A stretch of DNA of 64,000 nt, taken from assembly GCA_963829055.1 (NCBI GenBank), contig CAWHHI010000016.1, positions 1,024,001 through 1,088,000 on the forward strand, written 5' to 3'. Positions 43,033 to 54,120 of this stretch are shown here, piece by piece; positions within the stretch are counted from its first letter, which is position 1, and each line of letters opens with the position of its first letter. Source of the stretch: an uncultured Gemmatimonadaceae bacterium. GTDB taxonomy: Bacteria > Gemmatimonadota > Gemmatimonadetes > Gemmatimonadales > Gemmatimonadaceae. A program made the position numbers and the translations under genes. Under the pieces are notes generated by a model that did not search any database, was not told the origin of the DNA, and was given only the letters and a program-made list of their open reading frames with translations.

Positions 43033-45105
43033 TTAGTCCGCGCGTGGAATGCGCGGCACTCGACGCGACGACGCGCCGCGAATCGACACGGCGTGCTCTC
43101 CGGTCGTCGGCCGAGCGTCGGGTACGAGCTCGCGCTCGATGCCGCGGAGCGTGCTGGTATTCTCCTCGTTGACACCGAACTCCGCCGCCGCCTGCGCCAG
43201 ATGGGCGCGCCGAACGCGGACGATGCGGCCGAGCGCCTCGCACCCATCGGGAGTAACGCCGAGGTGCCAACCGCGCCTCTCGCTGCCGTTGGACGACGCG
43301 ACGAACCCGCGAGCCGACAGCTCGTCGATCGCATTCGAGATGCGTGAGGCGTCGATCGCGTGCGTGGCACCGAGCGTGGCGGGATCGACGCCGGGCTCTT
43401 GCTCGAGCCTCACGAGTAGCCACGCCGCGGCGGGTGTGAGGTCCACCTGCGCTTCGGCCGCGATCTGTCGGAGATAGCGGACCTGCGCCTCACGACTCGC
43501 GAGCGAGGCCAGACCTCGACGCAATTCCGCCAGCGAGTCGGGCGTTACGGGCATCGCGAAGGCTTCGCCGACTTTGCCGGTCGTCTCCGCCGAGAGCGTC
43601 GCACGCAGTGGACGCTCGGGAAGCAACAGCGCGAGCAGGAATCCGAGGAGTGCCACCGTCGTCGCGACGAGGAACACCGTCGACAGCGATGATGCGAACG
43701 CCTGCGCGTACGCGGCGCGGACCGATGGAGAGAGAGACGCGAGCATCCGCGTCGTGATTTCCGCGCCACTCGGCGGCGCACCCGATGCGCTCGCGGGAAC
43801 GAGTCGACCGAGCTCGCCAGCGAGACGCGCGCCGAAGATGGCGCCGAGGACCGCGGTGCCGACCGACCCGCCGATCAACCGAAACAGCGTCGCGCCCGAG
43901 GTAGCAACACCCAGGTCCCCGTAGTCGACCGCGTTCTGCACCGCGATCACGAGCACCTGCATCACCATGCCGAGCCCCAGGCCCATGACGAGCATGATGC
44001 CTGACGCGGCGAGCGTGCTCGTTTGCGGCGTCATGTGCGACAGCAGGAAGAGGCCGATCGTCATCACCGCCGTGCCGATCACGGGGAAGATCTTGTAGCG
44101 CCCGGTGCGACTGATGATCTGCCCCGAGGAGATCGAGCTGACGAGCATGCCGCCCATCATCGGCAGCATCTGCAATCCCGACCCGGTCGGCGTCGCGTTC
44201 TTCGCGACCTGCAGGAACAGCGGGAGATACGTCACCGATCCGAACAGCGCGAACCCGACAATGAACCCGACACTCGACGTCACGGTGAACGCGCGATTCC
44301 CGAACAGGCGGAGCGGCAACACCGGCTCTGCGGCTCGGCGTTCGACGACGAGAAAGCCAATGGTCGCGACGATCGCCGCAGCGATCAGTGAGATCGTGAA
44401 CGGCGACGACCAGCTGTATGTGGTGCCGCCAAGATCGGCCAGCAGCACGACTGAGCTGAGCGCCACCGCGAGCAGCGATGCGCCCACGTAGTCGATCGCG
44501 TGACGCACGCGCTCCGTGCGCGATGGCAGCGTGAACGCGAGCACCGCGAGCGCGATCGCACCGAGTGGCAGGTTGATGTAGAAGATCCAGCGCCACGACA
44601 GATGCGTCGTGAAGTAGCCTCCGAGCAGCGGCCCGGCGACGCTCGAAACGCCGAAGACTGCTCCGAAGATCCCCTGGTAGCGACCGCGCTCTCTTGGCGG
44701 GACGATATCGCCCACGATGGCCTGCGTGGTGACCATGAGGCCACCGCCCCCAAGTCCCTGGATCGCGCGGTAGATGATGAGCTGTGTCATGTTCTGGCTC
44801 GCGCCGCAGAGCATCGAGCCAACGAGGAACAACACGATCCCGCCCTGCATCACACCCTTGCGTCCGTACAGATCGCCGAGCTTTCCGTACAGCGGCGTTA
44901 CGACGGTTTGCGCGAGCAGATAGGCCGTCACGACCCACGAGAGATGCGCGAGGCCTCCGAGCTCGCCGACGATCGTCGGCAAGGCGGTGGACACAATGGT
45001 CGAGTCGAGCGCCGCGAGCAGCATCGCGAGCACGAGGCCGCTGAATACGACGAGGACCTGCTTGTGCGTTACGGGTACTGTGGGCGGGCTGGCGACTGCG
45101 GTCAT
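43033..45105 (-). CDS. MFS multidrug efflux transporter (DHA2/EmrB-like) with C-terminal MarR-like HTH
   Basis: [32 protein letters not shown]-terminal '[14 protein letters not shown]...VTPDG'. Confidence 0.88.
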   Translation of the reverse strand: MTAVASPPTVPVTHKQVLVVFSGLVLAMLLAALDSTIVSTALPTIVGELGGLAHLSWVVTAYLLAQTVVTPLYGKLGDLYGRKGVMQGGIVLFLVGSMLCGASQNMTQLIIYRAIQGLGGGGLMVTTQAIVGDIVPPRERGRYQGIFGAVFGVSSVAGPLLGGYFTTHLSWRWIFYINLPLGAIALAVLAFTLPSRTERVRHAIDYVGASLLAVALSSVVLLADLGGTTYSWSSPFTISLIAAAIVATIGFLVVERRAAEPVLPLRLFGNRAFTVTSSVGFIVGFALFGSVTYLPLFLQVAKNATPTGSGLQMLPMMGGMLVSSISSGQIISRTGRYKIFPVIGTAVMTIGLFLLSHMTPQTSTLAASGIMLVMGLGLGMVMQVLVIAVQNAVDYGDLGVATSGATLFRLIGGSVGTAVLGAIFGARLAGELGRLVPASASGAPPSGAEITTRMLASLSPSVRAAYAQAFASSLSTVFLVATTVALLGFLLALLLPERPLRATLSAETTGKVGEAFAMPVTPDSLAELRRGLASLASREAQVRYLRQIAAEAQVDLTPAAAWLLVRLEQEPGVDPATLGATHAIDASRISNAIDELSARGFVASSNGSERRGWHLGVTPDGCEALGRIVRVRRAHLAQAAAEFGVNEENTSTLRGIERELVPDARPTTGEHAVSIRGASSRRVPRIPRAD

Positions 45106-45232
45106 TCCAATGCGGCGGACGAAGGAGCGCGCACTCACGGCTCGCGTCCGCGTAGCCCAGTGCGTCAGGGACCTCCTGCAAAGCAAGATGAGTGCTGCGT
45201 GGGATTCCAAACGCAGGAGCCTGTCTCTGGAA

Positions 45233-46861
45233 TCACACAGCGGCACGAGGCACGTTCGTGGCAGGTCCGGTTGCCGGACCACTCGTGGTGCCCGACACAT
45301 CGGGCTCTCGCAACTCGAGTGGGCGGTACCGCAGCGCTTCCGCCACGTGCGTCCACGCGACCGCCGCTGAGTCGTCGAGGTCGGCGATGGTGCGCGCCAC
45401 CTTGAGCACGCGATGATACGCCACGCGCCGAAAGCCCACTGCGCTCGGCAGCGGACGCGAGCAGATCGCGAGCGTCGGCGTCAACGGGCGTGCGCGTGTC
45501 GAGCCAACGACCCGCCGCGTGTGCATTGCAGCGGACGCGCGAGACGCCACGGTACCGTGCGCGTTGGCGTGCCCGCGCGCGCTCCACACGCATGCGTACC
45601 GCCGCGGACGGTTCCCCACCGTCCTTGCGCCCGAGATCGCGCAGCGGGACAGCCGAGAGTCGGACCTGCATGTCGATGCGGTCTGCCAGCGGACCAGAGA
45701 GACGGGACTGATGGTGCGCGATCTCCGACGACGCGCACGCGCATCCGCCACGCGGGTCCCCCGCTCGGCCACACGGACACGGGTTCATCGCTCCGATGAG
45801 CGTGAACTGCGCGGGGAACGTGACCGCCGTCGCCGCGCGCGCGATCATAACGCGGCCATCCTCGAGCGGCTGACGCAGCGCGTCGAGCACGTGGCGCGGG
45901 ATCTCCTGCAACTCGTCGAGGAACAGCACGCCGTGGTGGGCGAGGCTCACCTCGCCGGGTCGCGGATTGCTGCCTCCGCCAATGAGCCCAGCGGCAGAGA
46001 GCGTGTGGTGCGGGGCGCGGAATGGCCGTCGGACGGACGCAACGCCGTTTGGCGGGAGGAGACCGGCGACAGAGTGGATCGCGACCACCTCGAGCGCTTC
46101 CTCTTCGGTGAGCGCCGGAAGAATGGTGGGCAGGCGCCGTGCGAGCATGGTCTTCCCCGCGCCTGGCGGCCCGATCATGAGCAGCGCGTGCGCGCCGGCC
46201 GCGGCGATTTCCAGCGCTCGTTTCGCGACGTCCTGTCCGATGACCTCCGCGAGATCCACCGTATCCGCCAGCGGTCCGATGCCGCGCGTCGTCAACGGAT
46301 GCGACTGGCGGGAGCAGGCGACCACTGTTGAGCTGCGCGACTACGTCCGCGAGCGTAGTCGGCGCACACAGCGCCAATCGAGACACCAGTGACGCTTCTG
46401 CCACGTTAGGCGGCGGCAGGATCAGCGTGACAGGAGCGGCGCGTTGTCTTTTGTCCGCGTCCTGGTCCACTGCCGGCCAGGCGCCTCGCGACCGACAGCG
46501 TGCCGCGAACCGGCCGCAGCATCCCGTCCAACCCAAGCTCGCCAACGGCGACGACGGACGCGAGCGCGTCGGCGTCGATCTGGCCGGTCGCGGCGAGGAA
46601 GCCTAACGCCACGGGGAGATCGAATGCCGTCCCCTCTTTACGGACATCACCGGGCGCGAGATTTATTGTTACGCGCCGCGGTGGCACCATGAAGCCGGAG
46701 TTCACGAGCGCGGCGCTCACCCGCTCTCGACTCTCTTTCACGGCTCCCGCGGGCAGCCCGACGATCGTCCAGCCGGGCAACCCCAACGCGACATCGACCT
46801 CCACGAGAACATCGTAGGCGTCGATGCCGAGTACGGCGGCGGAGCGGACGGCGGCGAGCAT
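45233..46861 (-). CDS. comM: YifB/ComM family Mg-chelatase-like AAA ATPase (apparent frameshifts near 46400 and 45420)
   Basis: [63 protein letters not shown]. Confidence 0.9.
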
Positions 46862-46908
46862 GGGGTGATAGTAGCGCGCCGTGCGATGACTCCCGCCATC
46901 GAAACAAC

Positions 46909-46987
46909 GCGGGCCGGGGCATCATGCCCCGGCCCGCCCTGTGAACGCCAACGATCCGCTGATCTCTGCCAGACGCGGAGATCAGCG
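46909..46987 (-). terminator. Two tandem hairpins downstream of the beta-propeller gene
   Basis: GCGGGCCGGGGCAT/ATGCCCCGGCCCGC (46909-46937) and CGCTGATCTCTGC/GCGGAGATCAGCG (46957-46987). Confidence 0.55.
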
Positions 46988-46991
46988 CCCG

Positions 46992-48022
46992 CTACGGAAC
47001 CTTCACCACCGACACGGTGAACGGCAGCATCGGCGTCAGTCCCGGGCGCGCGCCGGTCGAACTGCGAGTTCACCACGAGCAGACGTCCGCGTGCGCCGAC
47101 GAGCGACGTCGGGTACATGAACGACGGATCCGTCGTCTGGCTCACGAGCGTGCCGCTCGCCTGGTTCTGCTGCAGACGGATTTCGTTGATGGTCTCCTGC
47201 TGGTTCTGCAGGACGTACAGCGAGTTGCCCTGAAGCCACAAGCCATCCGCGTTAGGGAACACTCTGCCGCCGACGTCGACCTGGACGATCTCCTTCGTCG
47301 CGATCTCGATGCGATAGATCTTGCCCGTGTTCGACTGAACCGTGAACAGGTACCTGTCGTTCTGCGAGACGACGATCCCGTTCAGATTGAACTGGCCGGG
47401 GGTGTACACGATCGGCGTGCCCGTGAGCGTGAGCCATCGCTCGAGTGTGTAGCCACCCGCACCGTTCGGCACGACGCGGTAGATGACCGGACTCTGCGAG
47501 TCGGTCACGTAGCCGACTCCATTCCTGGTCGACGGCAATGTCGTTGATGAACGTCGGCGACGACCCGCCCGAGAGCCGCGCGAGGAGCGCACCCGTGAGC
47601 TCGTCGTAGACGAACACCTGACCAGTGCCGCCGCCGGCCACGAACAGATGACCTTCGTTGTCGACCTCGAGTCCGATCGCCGTCGTCCGACCGTCGGCGC
47701 CACCCGCGAGAAACGGCGTCAGCGTTTCGTCGCTCGACTGTCCACGAAAGATCGTCCCGTCTGTCGTGCTGCTGACGAACACGAGGCCCGTGCGCTCATC
47801 GTACGCGATGCCTTCGGGAAAGACGCTCGAGCCCGGAAGCACATAACGAGTCGGCAGTGGGCCGCCACCGTGAGTCGAGCTCTTCGCGAGTGATGCGGTG
47901 AGTGGCGCGTCCGGCGCGGTCGTGGGCCGATCGCAGGCGGCGAACGCCGCGACGGCACCGAGAGTGAATGCGCGTGCGAATGCGCGAGCAACGGGCTGAC
48001 GGTTCACGAACACGACTGACAT
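46992..48022 (-). CDS. SMP-30/gluconolactonase-like beta-propeller lipoprotein (apparent frameshifts near 47525 and 47040)
   Basis: Lipobox AFAAC, FPEGIAYD, FINDIAVD, YVTDS, NLNGIV, ADGL, VVNSQF. Confidence 0.75.
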
Positions 48023-48175
48023 GCGAGCCTCCGCGTAAACGGTGCAACACTGATGCGGCCACCGTCGATGGCCGGGCGCCACCGTGACGCCGCGGCGGAG
48101 CGTCCGCAGGTTGCACGCCAACGACCGGCGGAGTCGCGAATTCCTTGCGACCGCGACGCCATGCGCGCAGCGTGC

Positions 48176-49264
48176 TCAGCGAATGTGCAGGAGGTGAATG
48201 ATGCCGATGCCGAGCACGACCAACACCAGCAGCGATAGCGACACCGCGCCGATCACTCGCGAACCCGCCTTCGCCACGGTGCGCACGTCGGCGCTCAAAC
48301 CGAGCGCCGCCATCGCGATGATCGTGAGGTTCGTCGACACCACGCGCGTTGGCGCGACCCAGCTCGATGGCACCGCACCGCCCGCACGTAACGCCGCGAG
48401 CACGAGAAACCCGACAATGAACCAGGGCACGAGCTTCGTGAGCGACGGGGCGCGACCGAATCCACTACCCGAGCGGAGTGCGAAGAACAGCACCACGGGG
48501 CCGAGCATCAACACGCGCACGAGCTTCACGAGCGTGGCGACATCACCAGACAGGACGCTCACGGGAAACGCCGCGGCCAGCACCTGCGGCACAGCATACA
48601 CCGTGAGACCGGCAAGGACGCCGTACTGGTAATTCGTTAGGCCCAACGGGTGAATGAGCAGCGGCAGACCGAGCACGACGATCACGCCGAGGATCGCGGT
48701 GAACGCGATGGACGACGCGACATCCTCGGCATTCGCACCGATGACAGGCGCCACCGCGGCGATCGCCGAGTTTCCACAGATGGCATTGCCGGTCGCGACG
48801 AGGATCGCCAGCCTCGGTCGCAGCCCGAGCGCACGTGCGATGAGAACGCCGACGCCGAGTCCGACGACGACGATCCCGACGATGGCAACGGCCAGCGCGG
48901 GGCCAGCGCGAATCAGCAGCGGCAGGTCAACCGACACGCCGAGCAGCACGATCGACAGCTCGAGCAGTTCCTTCCCCGCGAACCGGATGCCCGGCTCGAA
49001 CACGGCACTCGGCCGCCAGACGAACCGCACGATCATACCGAGCAGCAGCGCAACGACGAGCGCCTCGATCACGGGATGCCCGAGGACGCGCGTCTCACCC
49101 GTGGCGACCGCGATGGACGCGACGGCCACGAGCGCCGCCACCAGTACGCCGGCGGGAAGTCGCCTCAACGCGCTGCCGGGTCGAGCACGACTCGGTGCGA
49201 GCGTGTACTCACGCCGCGCGACGCGCACGTCGCGCGCGACCAACCTCCAGCGCCGCGGGCGCAC
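48176..49264 (-). CDS. YeiH family putative sulfate exporter
   Basis: GNAICGNSAIAAVAPVI, YAVPQVLAA, LVKLVRVLMLGP. Confidence 0.88.
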   Translation of the reverse strand: MRPRRWRLVARDVRVARREYTLAPSRARPGSALRRLPAGVLVAALVAVASIAVATGETRVLGHPVIEALVVALLLGMIVRFVWRPSAVFEPGIRFAGKELLELSIVLLGVSVDLPLLIRAGPALAVAIVGIVVVGLGVGVLIARALGLRPRLAILVATGNAICGNSAIAAVAPVIGANAEDVASSIAFTAILGVIVVLGLPLLIHPLGLTNYQYGVLAGLTVYAVPQVLAAAFPVSVLSGDVATLVKLVRVLMLGPVVLFFALRSGSGFGRAPSLTKLVPWFIVGFLVLAALRAGGAVPSSWVAPTRVVSTNLTIIAMAALGLSADVRTVAKAGSRVIGAVSLSLLVLVVLGIGIIHLLHIR

Positions 49265-50391
49265 GCCACAGTCGCACCAGCGTCACCTCGGGCAACGCCC
49301 CGATGCGGAACGGAATACCCCAGTAGCCGGTGCCCGGATTGATGTAGAGCAGCGATCCCTGTTCGCGGTAGGCGCCCATCGCATGCTTGAGGAACGGTGA
49401 CGCGAGACTCCACCCGAGCGACGGCAATGCGAACTGTCCCCAGTGCGTGTGGCCGCTGAGGGTGAGTGCGACGCCGCGTTTGGCGAGTGCTGGCCAGAGA
49501 GCGGGATTGTGCGCGAGCGCGATCACGGTTGCCCCGTTAGGCGCCCCGGCCAGTGTCCGGTCGACGTCGGGCGCCCCTCCGCTCTGCCCACGACGGCCAC
49601 CCGCCGGATCACCCGTACCAGCAAGAACGAGCGTCGCGTCGCCACGCTGAATGATGTGCGCCTCGTTGACCAACAGCCGCGCGGGCACGTCGCTGCGGAG
49701 GCGGCGTTCGACCGCTTCCCATCCGGCGTACACGTCGTGGTTGCCGGGGATCATGAACACGCCGAGCGGTGCGGTGAGCTGGCCGAGCGCGGACGCGTAC
49801 GATGCGACATCCTCTGCCCTGTCGTCGACGAGGTCGCCAGTGACGGCAATGACGTCCGGCGCAAGACCGCGAATGGTGCTCGACGACCCGTTCGAGAAAC
49901 CGACGCGACGTGTGCGGCCCGACGTGAAGATCCGAGACCTGAGCGATGGACAGTCCGTCGAACTCCGCCGGCAGATCGGGAATCGACGCGTCCACTTCTC
50001 GCACGACGAGTTGCTTGGAACCGAGGTAGCCGGCGATCAGCAACGTGCCAACGACGGTCAGAACGATGCCAGCGGCGATGCGCCCGCCAAGAAGCGGGAA
50101 TCCGAAGATCGCGCCCACCAGCACGCCGACCGTCGATCCGATACCGATCAGCGGCAACATGAGCTGCGTGTACCAGAACGGGCGGACCACCAGCAGGCGG
50201 AATGCCGCGTTAGGGTAGAACGGCCAGCCACGCCAGCGCGCGAACGCGGCGACCGGCAGCGTCGTGTAGAGTGCGAGCGCGACCACCACGAAGACGGCGT
50301 GCGGGAACAGACCGTTCGCCAGCACGCCGATAGTGAGCCAACAGGCCGCGAGGTAAAGCCCAACGCGCGCCGCGATGACCATTGGTTTCAT
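49209..50391 (-). CDS. Membrane-anchored metallophosphoesterase (apparent frameshift near 49875)
   Basis: SDLHVG, GNHD, LAHNP, LSGHTHWGQ. Confidence 0.88.
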
Positions 50392-50477
50392 GCCCGAAAG
50401 CTAACCGCTCTGGTCATGGCCGCACTCGGCCCAAAGGCCGACTGGTCGAGGCCTGCTACCAGGCTGCTACCCGGCCG

Positions 50478-52130
50478 TTACCGTGTCGGCGGCGCGGTCG
50501 GTTGCTCCTGAAACCGTTCACGGAACCGCTCGCGAAGCACGGCCTTGAGATACTTGCCAGTCCCCGACCGAGGGATCGATTCGACGAGCACGACGTCATC
50601 CGGCAGACACCACTTTACGAAATTGGGCGCGAGGTGCGCACGCACGGACTCGAGCGTCGGCGTGCAGCCCGCGCGGGGGACGATCACGGCGAGCGGCCGC
50701 TCGTCCCATTTCGCGTGCGGTACGGCGATCACGACGGCTTCGGCTACGTCCGGGTGCGACAGGAGCGCGCCTTCGAGCGCGACGCTGCTGATCCATTCGC
50801 CACCCGACTTCACGAGGTCCTTGGCCCGATCCTGAATCGTTATGCAGCCCCGACCATCGATCGTGACGATGTCGCCGGTTCGAAACCAGCCATCATCGGT
50901 GAATCGATCGGCAGACTCCGGCGCGTCGTAGTACGACGCCGCCACCCACGGACCACGGACCTCGAGCTCGCCCATCGTCTCGCCATCCCATTCGGTGAGC
51001 ACACCATCGTCGCGGCGAGCGCGAATCTCGACGAATGGCAGCGGGAGCCCTGCCTTCGCTCGATACGCGAACTGCGCATCGCTCGGCGAGTCCGCAAGGT
51101 CGCTCGGAACCTTGCTCACCGACGCGACGGGACTCGTTTCCGTCATGCCCCAGCCCTGGTTGATGTGCAGGCCGTGGCGGTTCTGAAATGCGCGAATGAG
51201 CGGCTCGGGAACCGGCGCCCCACCAACCAGCATCGATCTGAGCGGCGTTAGGTCGTGACGCGTCGGATTGGCGTCGAGGTACTGAAGAATTCCGAGCCAG
51301 ATCGTCGGCACGCCGGCCGTCATCGTGACGCGCTCGCGCTCGAACAGATCCACCAGGCTCGCCGCATCCAGGTGCGGTCCGGGCATCACCTGCCGTGCCC
51401 CGATCATTGCAGCGCTGAACGGCAGGCCCCATGCATTCGCGTGAAACATGGGGACTACCGCGAGCACGGTGTCGCGCTCCGTGAGGCCGGTGACATCGGA
51501 AATGAGCGTGCCGAGCGTGTGCAGGCACAGGGAGCGATGCGAGTATAGCACGCCCTTGGGCCGCCCCGTCGTCCCCGATGTGTAGCACATCATCGCCGCG
51601 TCCGACTCGGCCAACTCGGGATAGGCGTAGGACGGGTCGCCGGATGCGACAACGGCCTCGTAGTCCAGCGCACCGTCCGGAACCGGAATTGGAGTGCCGG
51701 TGTCATCTCGCACGACGATGACGTGCCGGAATGGCGTGCGTCCCCTCAGCTGTTCGGCCAGCGGGACGAGCGACTGGTCGACGATGAGCGCGACGTCGCC
51801 CGCATGGGTCGCGATGTACGCGAGCTCGTCGGGGTGCAGCCGCAGGTTCAGCGTGTGGAGCACGGCGCCGGACGACGGTACGCCGAAGTACGCCTCGAGA
51901 TGCCGCAGGTGATTCCAGCACAACGTGGCCACACGGTCGCCACGTCCGATGCCGAGCTGTTCCAACCCCGACGCGAGGCGACGTGCTCGGCCGAGGGCTT
52001 CGCCGTACGTCGATCGCTCGAGCGTCTTGTCTACGCGGCGCGAGACGATCTCCTTGTGCCGGAACATCGACTCCGTCCGGCGGAGCATGGCAGTGATGGT
52101 CAGCGGATAGTCCATCATGAGGCCGTCCAT
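50478..52130 (-). CDS. Long-chain fatty acid--CoA ligase
   Basis: YTSGTTGRPKG, PMFHANAWG, WGMTE, RTGD, KSGGEWISS. Confidence 0.93.
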   Translation of the reverse strand: MDGLMMDYPLTITAMLRRTESMFRHKEIVSRRVDKTLERSTYGEALGRARRLASGLEQLGIGRGDRVATLCWNHLRHLEAYFGVPSSGAVLHTLNLRLHPDELAYIATHAGDVALIVDQSLVPLAEQLRGRTPFRHVIVVRDDTGTPIPVPDGALDYEAVVASGDPSYAYPELAESDAAMMCYTSGTTGRPKGVLYSHRSLCLHTLGTLISDVTGLTERDTVLAVVPMFHANAWGLPFSAAMIGARQVMPGPHLDAASLVDLFERERVTMTAGVPTIWLGILQYLDANPTRHDLTPLRSMLVGGAPVPEPLIRAFQNRHGLHINQGWGMTETSPVASVSKVPSDLADSPSDAQFAYRAKAGLPLPFVEIRARRDDGVLTEWDGETMGELEVRGPWVAASYYDAPESADRFTDDGWFRTGDIVTIDGRGCITIQDRAKDLVKSGGEWISSVALEGALLSHPDVAEAVVIAVPHAKWDERPLAVIVPRAGCTPTLESVRAHLAPNFVKWCLPDDVVLVESIPRSGTGKYLKAVLRERFRERFQEQPTAPPTR

Positions 52131-52252
52131 GCATACCTCCAACCGGGGGTGGCCAGGATCGTTGGGAAGTCACCAACCTGCCGCCGCTCACGCATCCTGT
52201 AAAGCTCGATCCGACCCCTCAGGGCGCCGACACTCCGTCGTCCTATTCGAGC

Positions 52253-54115
52253 CTACAGCGCACCGCGAGTAGCTCGTGGGGCCCGCAGCGCGTCGGTCTC
52301 TGGCACTGGCACCGGAAGGAAGTCCTCGCCGGGGTTGATGAATTGGTCCCGCTCGACGTGATACTGTTTGTCGTACAGTTGACGATACCGGCCATTGGCC
52401 GCGATCAGCTGGCCATGGGTTCCGCGCTCGATGATCCGGCCGTCCTCCATCACGAGGATCTGGTCCGCGCTCTCGATGGTCGACAAGCGATGCGCGATGA
52501 CGAACGTCGTTCGCCCTTGGCGGAGCGAGCGCAGGCCGTCGCGGATGAGCGCTTCGCTCTCGCTGTCCAGGCTCGACGTCGCCTCGTCCAGAATGAGAAT
52601 GCGCGGATCCGCGAGGATCGCGCGCGCGATGGCCACGCGCTGCCGCTGTCCGCCCGAGAGCTTTACGCCGCGTTCACCGACGATGGTGTCGTACTTCGCC
52701 TCGAACTTGTCGATGAACTCGTCACAGTGCGCGATCCGGCTCACCGCGCGAACCTCGTCGTCGGTGGCGTTAGGCTTCGCGAACGCGATGTTCTCCTTGA
52801 TCGTGCCGTCGAACAGGAAGTTGTCCTGCATGACGACGCCGAGATTCCCGCGATAGTCGCGAAGCCTGAGCGTCGCGATGTCCGCGCCGTCCACGAGCAC
52901 GCGGCCACTCGTCGGTCGATTGAACGCGGTGACGAGCCCGATGAGCGTGCTCTTGCCCGCACCGCTCGATCCCACGAGCGCCGTCGTCGTGCCAGCCGCG
53001 GTCGTGAACGACACGTCGCGCAACACGGGAACACCAGGCACGTACTCGAAGCTCACGTGCTCGAACGCGATGTCGCCCCGCACCTCGCTGATCGGCTCGC
53101 GCTGGGTGTCCTCCTGATCTTCGGTCGACGTCTGCCTGATCTCGCGGATCCGATCGAGGCCGGCGAACGCTTCGCTCACCTGCGTCCCGATGGACGCGAT
53201 TTGTACCAGCGGCGCGGCCACGAGCCCGATGAAGAAGATGTACATGACGAAGTCGCCGAGCGTCATCGTGCCGCCCACAATGGATCGCCCGCCGACGATG
53301 ATCATGAGCACGCCGATCACGCCGACGATCACGGTCGTGGCGGCGCCCACCGCCGACGTGCCCGTGATGGTGTCTGCAACATTCTTGAACAGCCGCTGAA
53401 TCCCCTCGGCGAAGATTCGCTCTTCGCGCTGCTCGGCCGTGTACACCTTGACCGTGCGAATCCCGCCTAACGCCTCACCGAGGCGGCCGGTCACTTCGGC
53501 GTTGATCTCACTGCGTTTCCGGAAGAGCGGACGTAGCCGCTTGAAGGCCACCGCCATCATCGCACCGAACGCCGACAGCACGATGATCGTCGACGCCGTG
53601 AGGTGCCAGTTGAGGTAGAACAGCACGCCAAGCGCGATGATCGCGGTGAGGAGCCCGCCCACCAGCTGCACGAGCCCCGTCCCGATCAGGTTCCGGATTC
53701 CTTCCGCGTCCGACATCACGCGCGAGATCAGAACGCCGGACTTGGTCGAGTCGAAGAACGACACCGGCAGGCGCAGGACGTGGCGCTGCACGTCGATGCG
53801 GAGGTCGCTGATCGCACGCTGCGCCGCGATGCTCACCGTCTGCGCCAGCAGGAACGAGGTGATCGCCTGAATGACCGTGGCGCCCCCCACGGCCAGCGCG
53901 AGCGGAACCAGCTTCGTCAGATCGTGCTTTCCAAGGACGTTGTCGATGAGGTACTTCGACGACGCCGGCAGTACCAGCCCGGCGAGTCGGTTCACGAGCA
54001 TCAACACGAGCCCGAGTCCGAGCGAGCGGCGGTGCTTCCAGATCAGCGCACGGGCTTCGGGCCAGGCACGCGCCATGTTGACGCGTGGTTTTTTCGGCGG
54101 GACGGGATCAGCCAT
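52253..54115 (-). CDS. ABC transporter fused permease/ATP-binding (exporter, MsbA-like)
   Basis: 6 TMs, GSSGAGKST, LSGGQRQR, ILDEATS, AHRLST. Confidence 0.93.
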   Translation of the reverse strand: MADPVPPKKPRVNMARAWPEARALIWKHRRSLGLGLVLMLVNRLAGLVLPASSKYLIDNVLGKHDLTKLVPLALAVGGATVIQAITSFLLAQTVSIAAQRAISDLRIDVQRHVLRLPVSFFDSTKSGVLISRVMSDAEGIRNLIGTGLVQLVGGLLTAIIALGVLFYLNWHLTASTIIVLSAFGAMMAVAFKRLRPLFRKRSEINAEVTGRLGEALGGIRTVKVYTAEQREERIFAEGIQRLFKNVADTITGTSAVGAATTVIVGVIGVLMIIVGGRSIVGGTMTLGDFVMYIFFIGLVAAPLVQIASIGTQVSEAFAGLDRIREIRQTSTEDQEDTQREPISEVRGDIAFEHVSFEYVPGVPVLRDVSFTTAAGTTTALVGSSGAGKSTLIGLVTAFNRPTSGRVLVDGADIATLRLRDYRGNLGVVMQDNFLFDGTIKENIAFAKPNATDDEVRAVSRIAHCDEFIDKFEAKYDTIVGERGVKLSGGQRQRVAIARAILADPRILILDEATSSLDSESEALIRDGLRSLRQGRTTFVIAHRLSTIESADQILVMEDGRIIERGTHGQLIAANGRYRQLYDKQYHVERDQFINPGEDFLPVPVPETDALRAPRATRGAL

Positions 54116-54120
54116 TCGGG

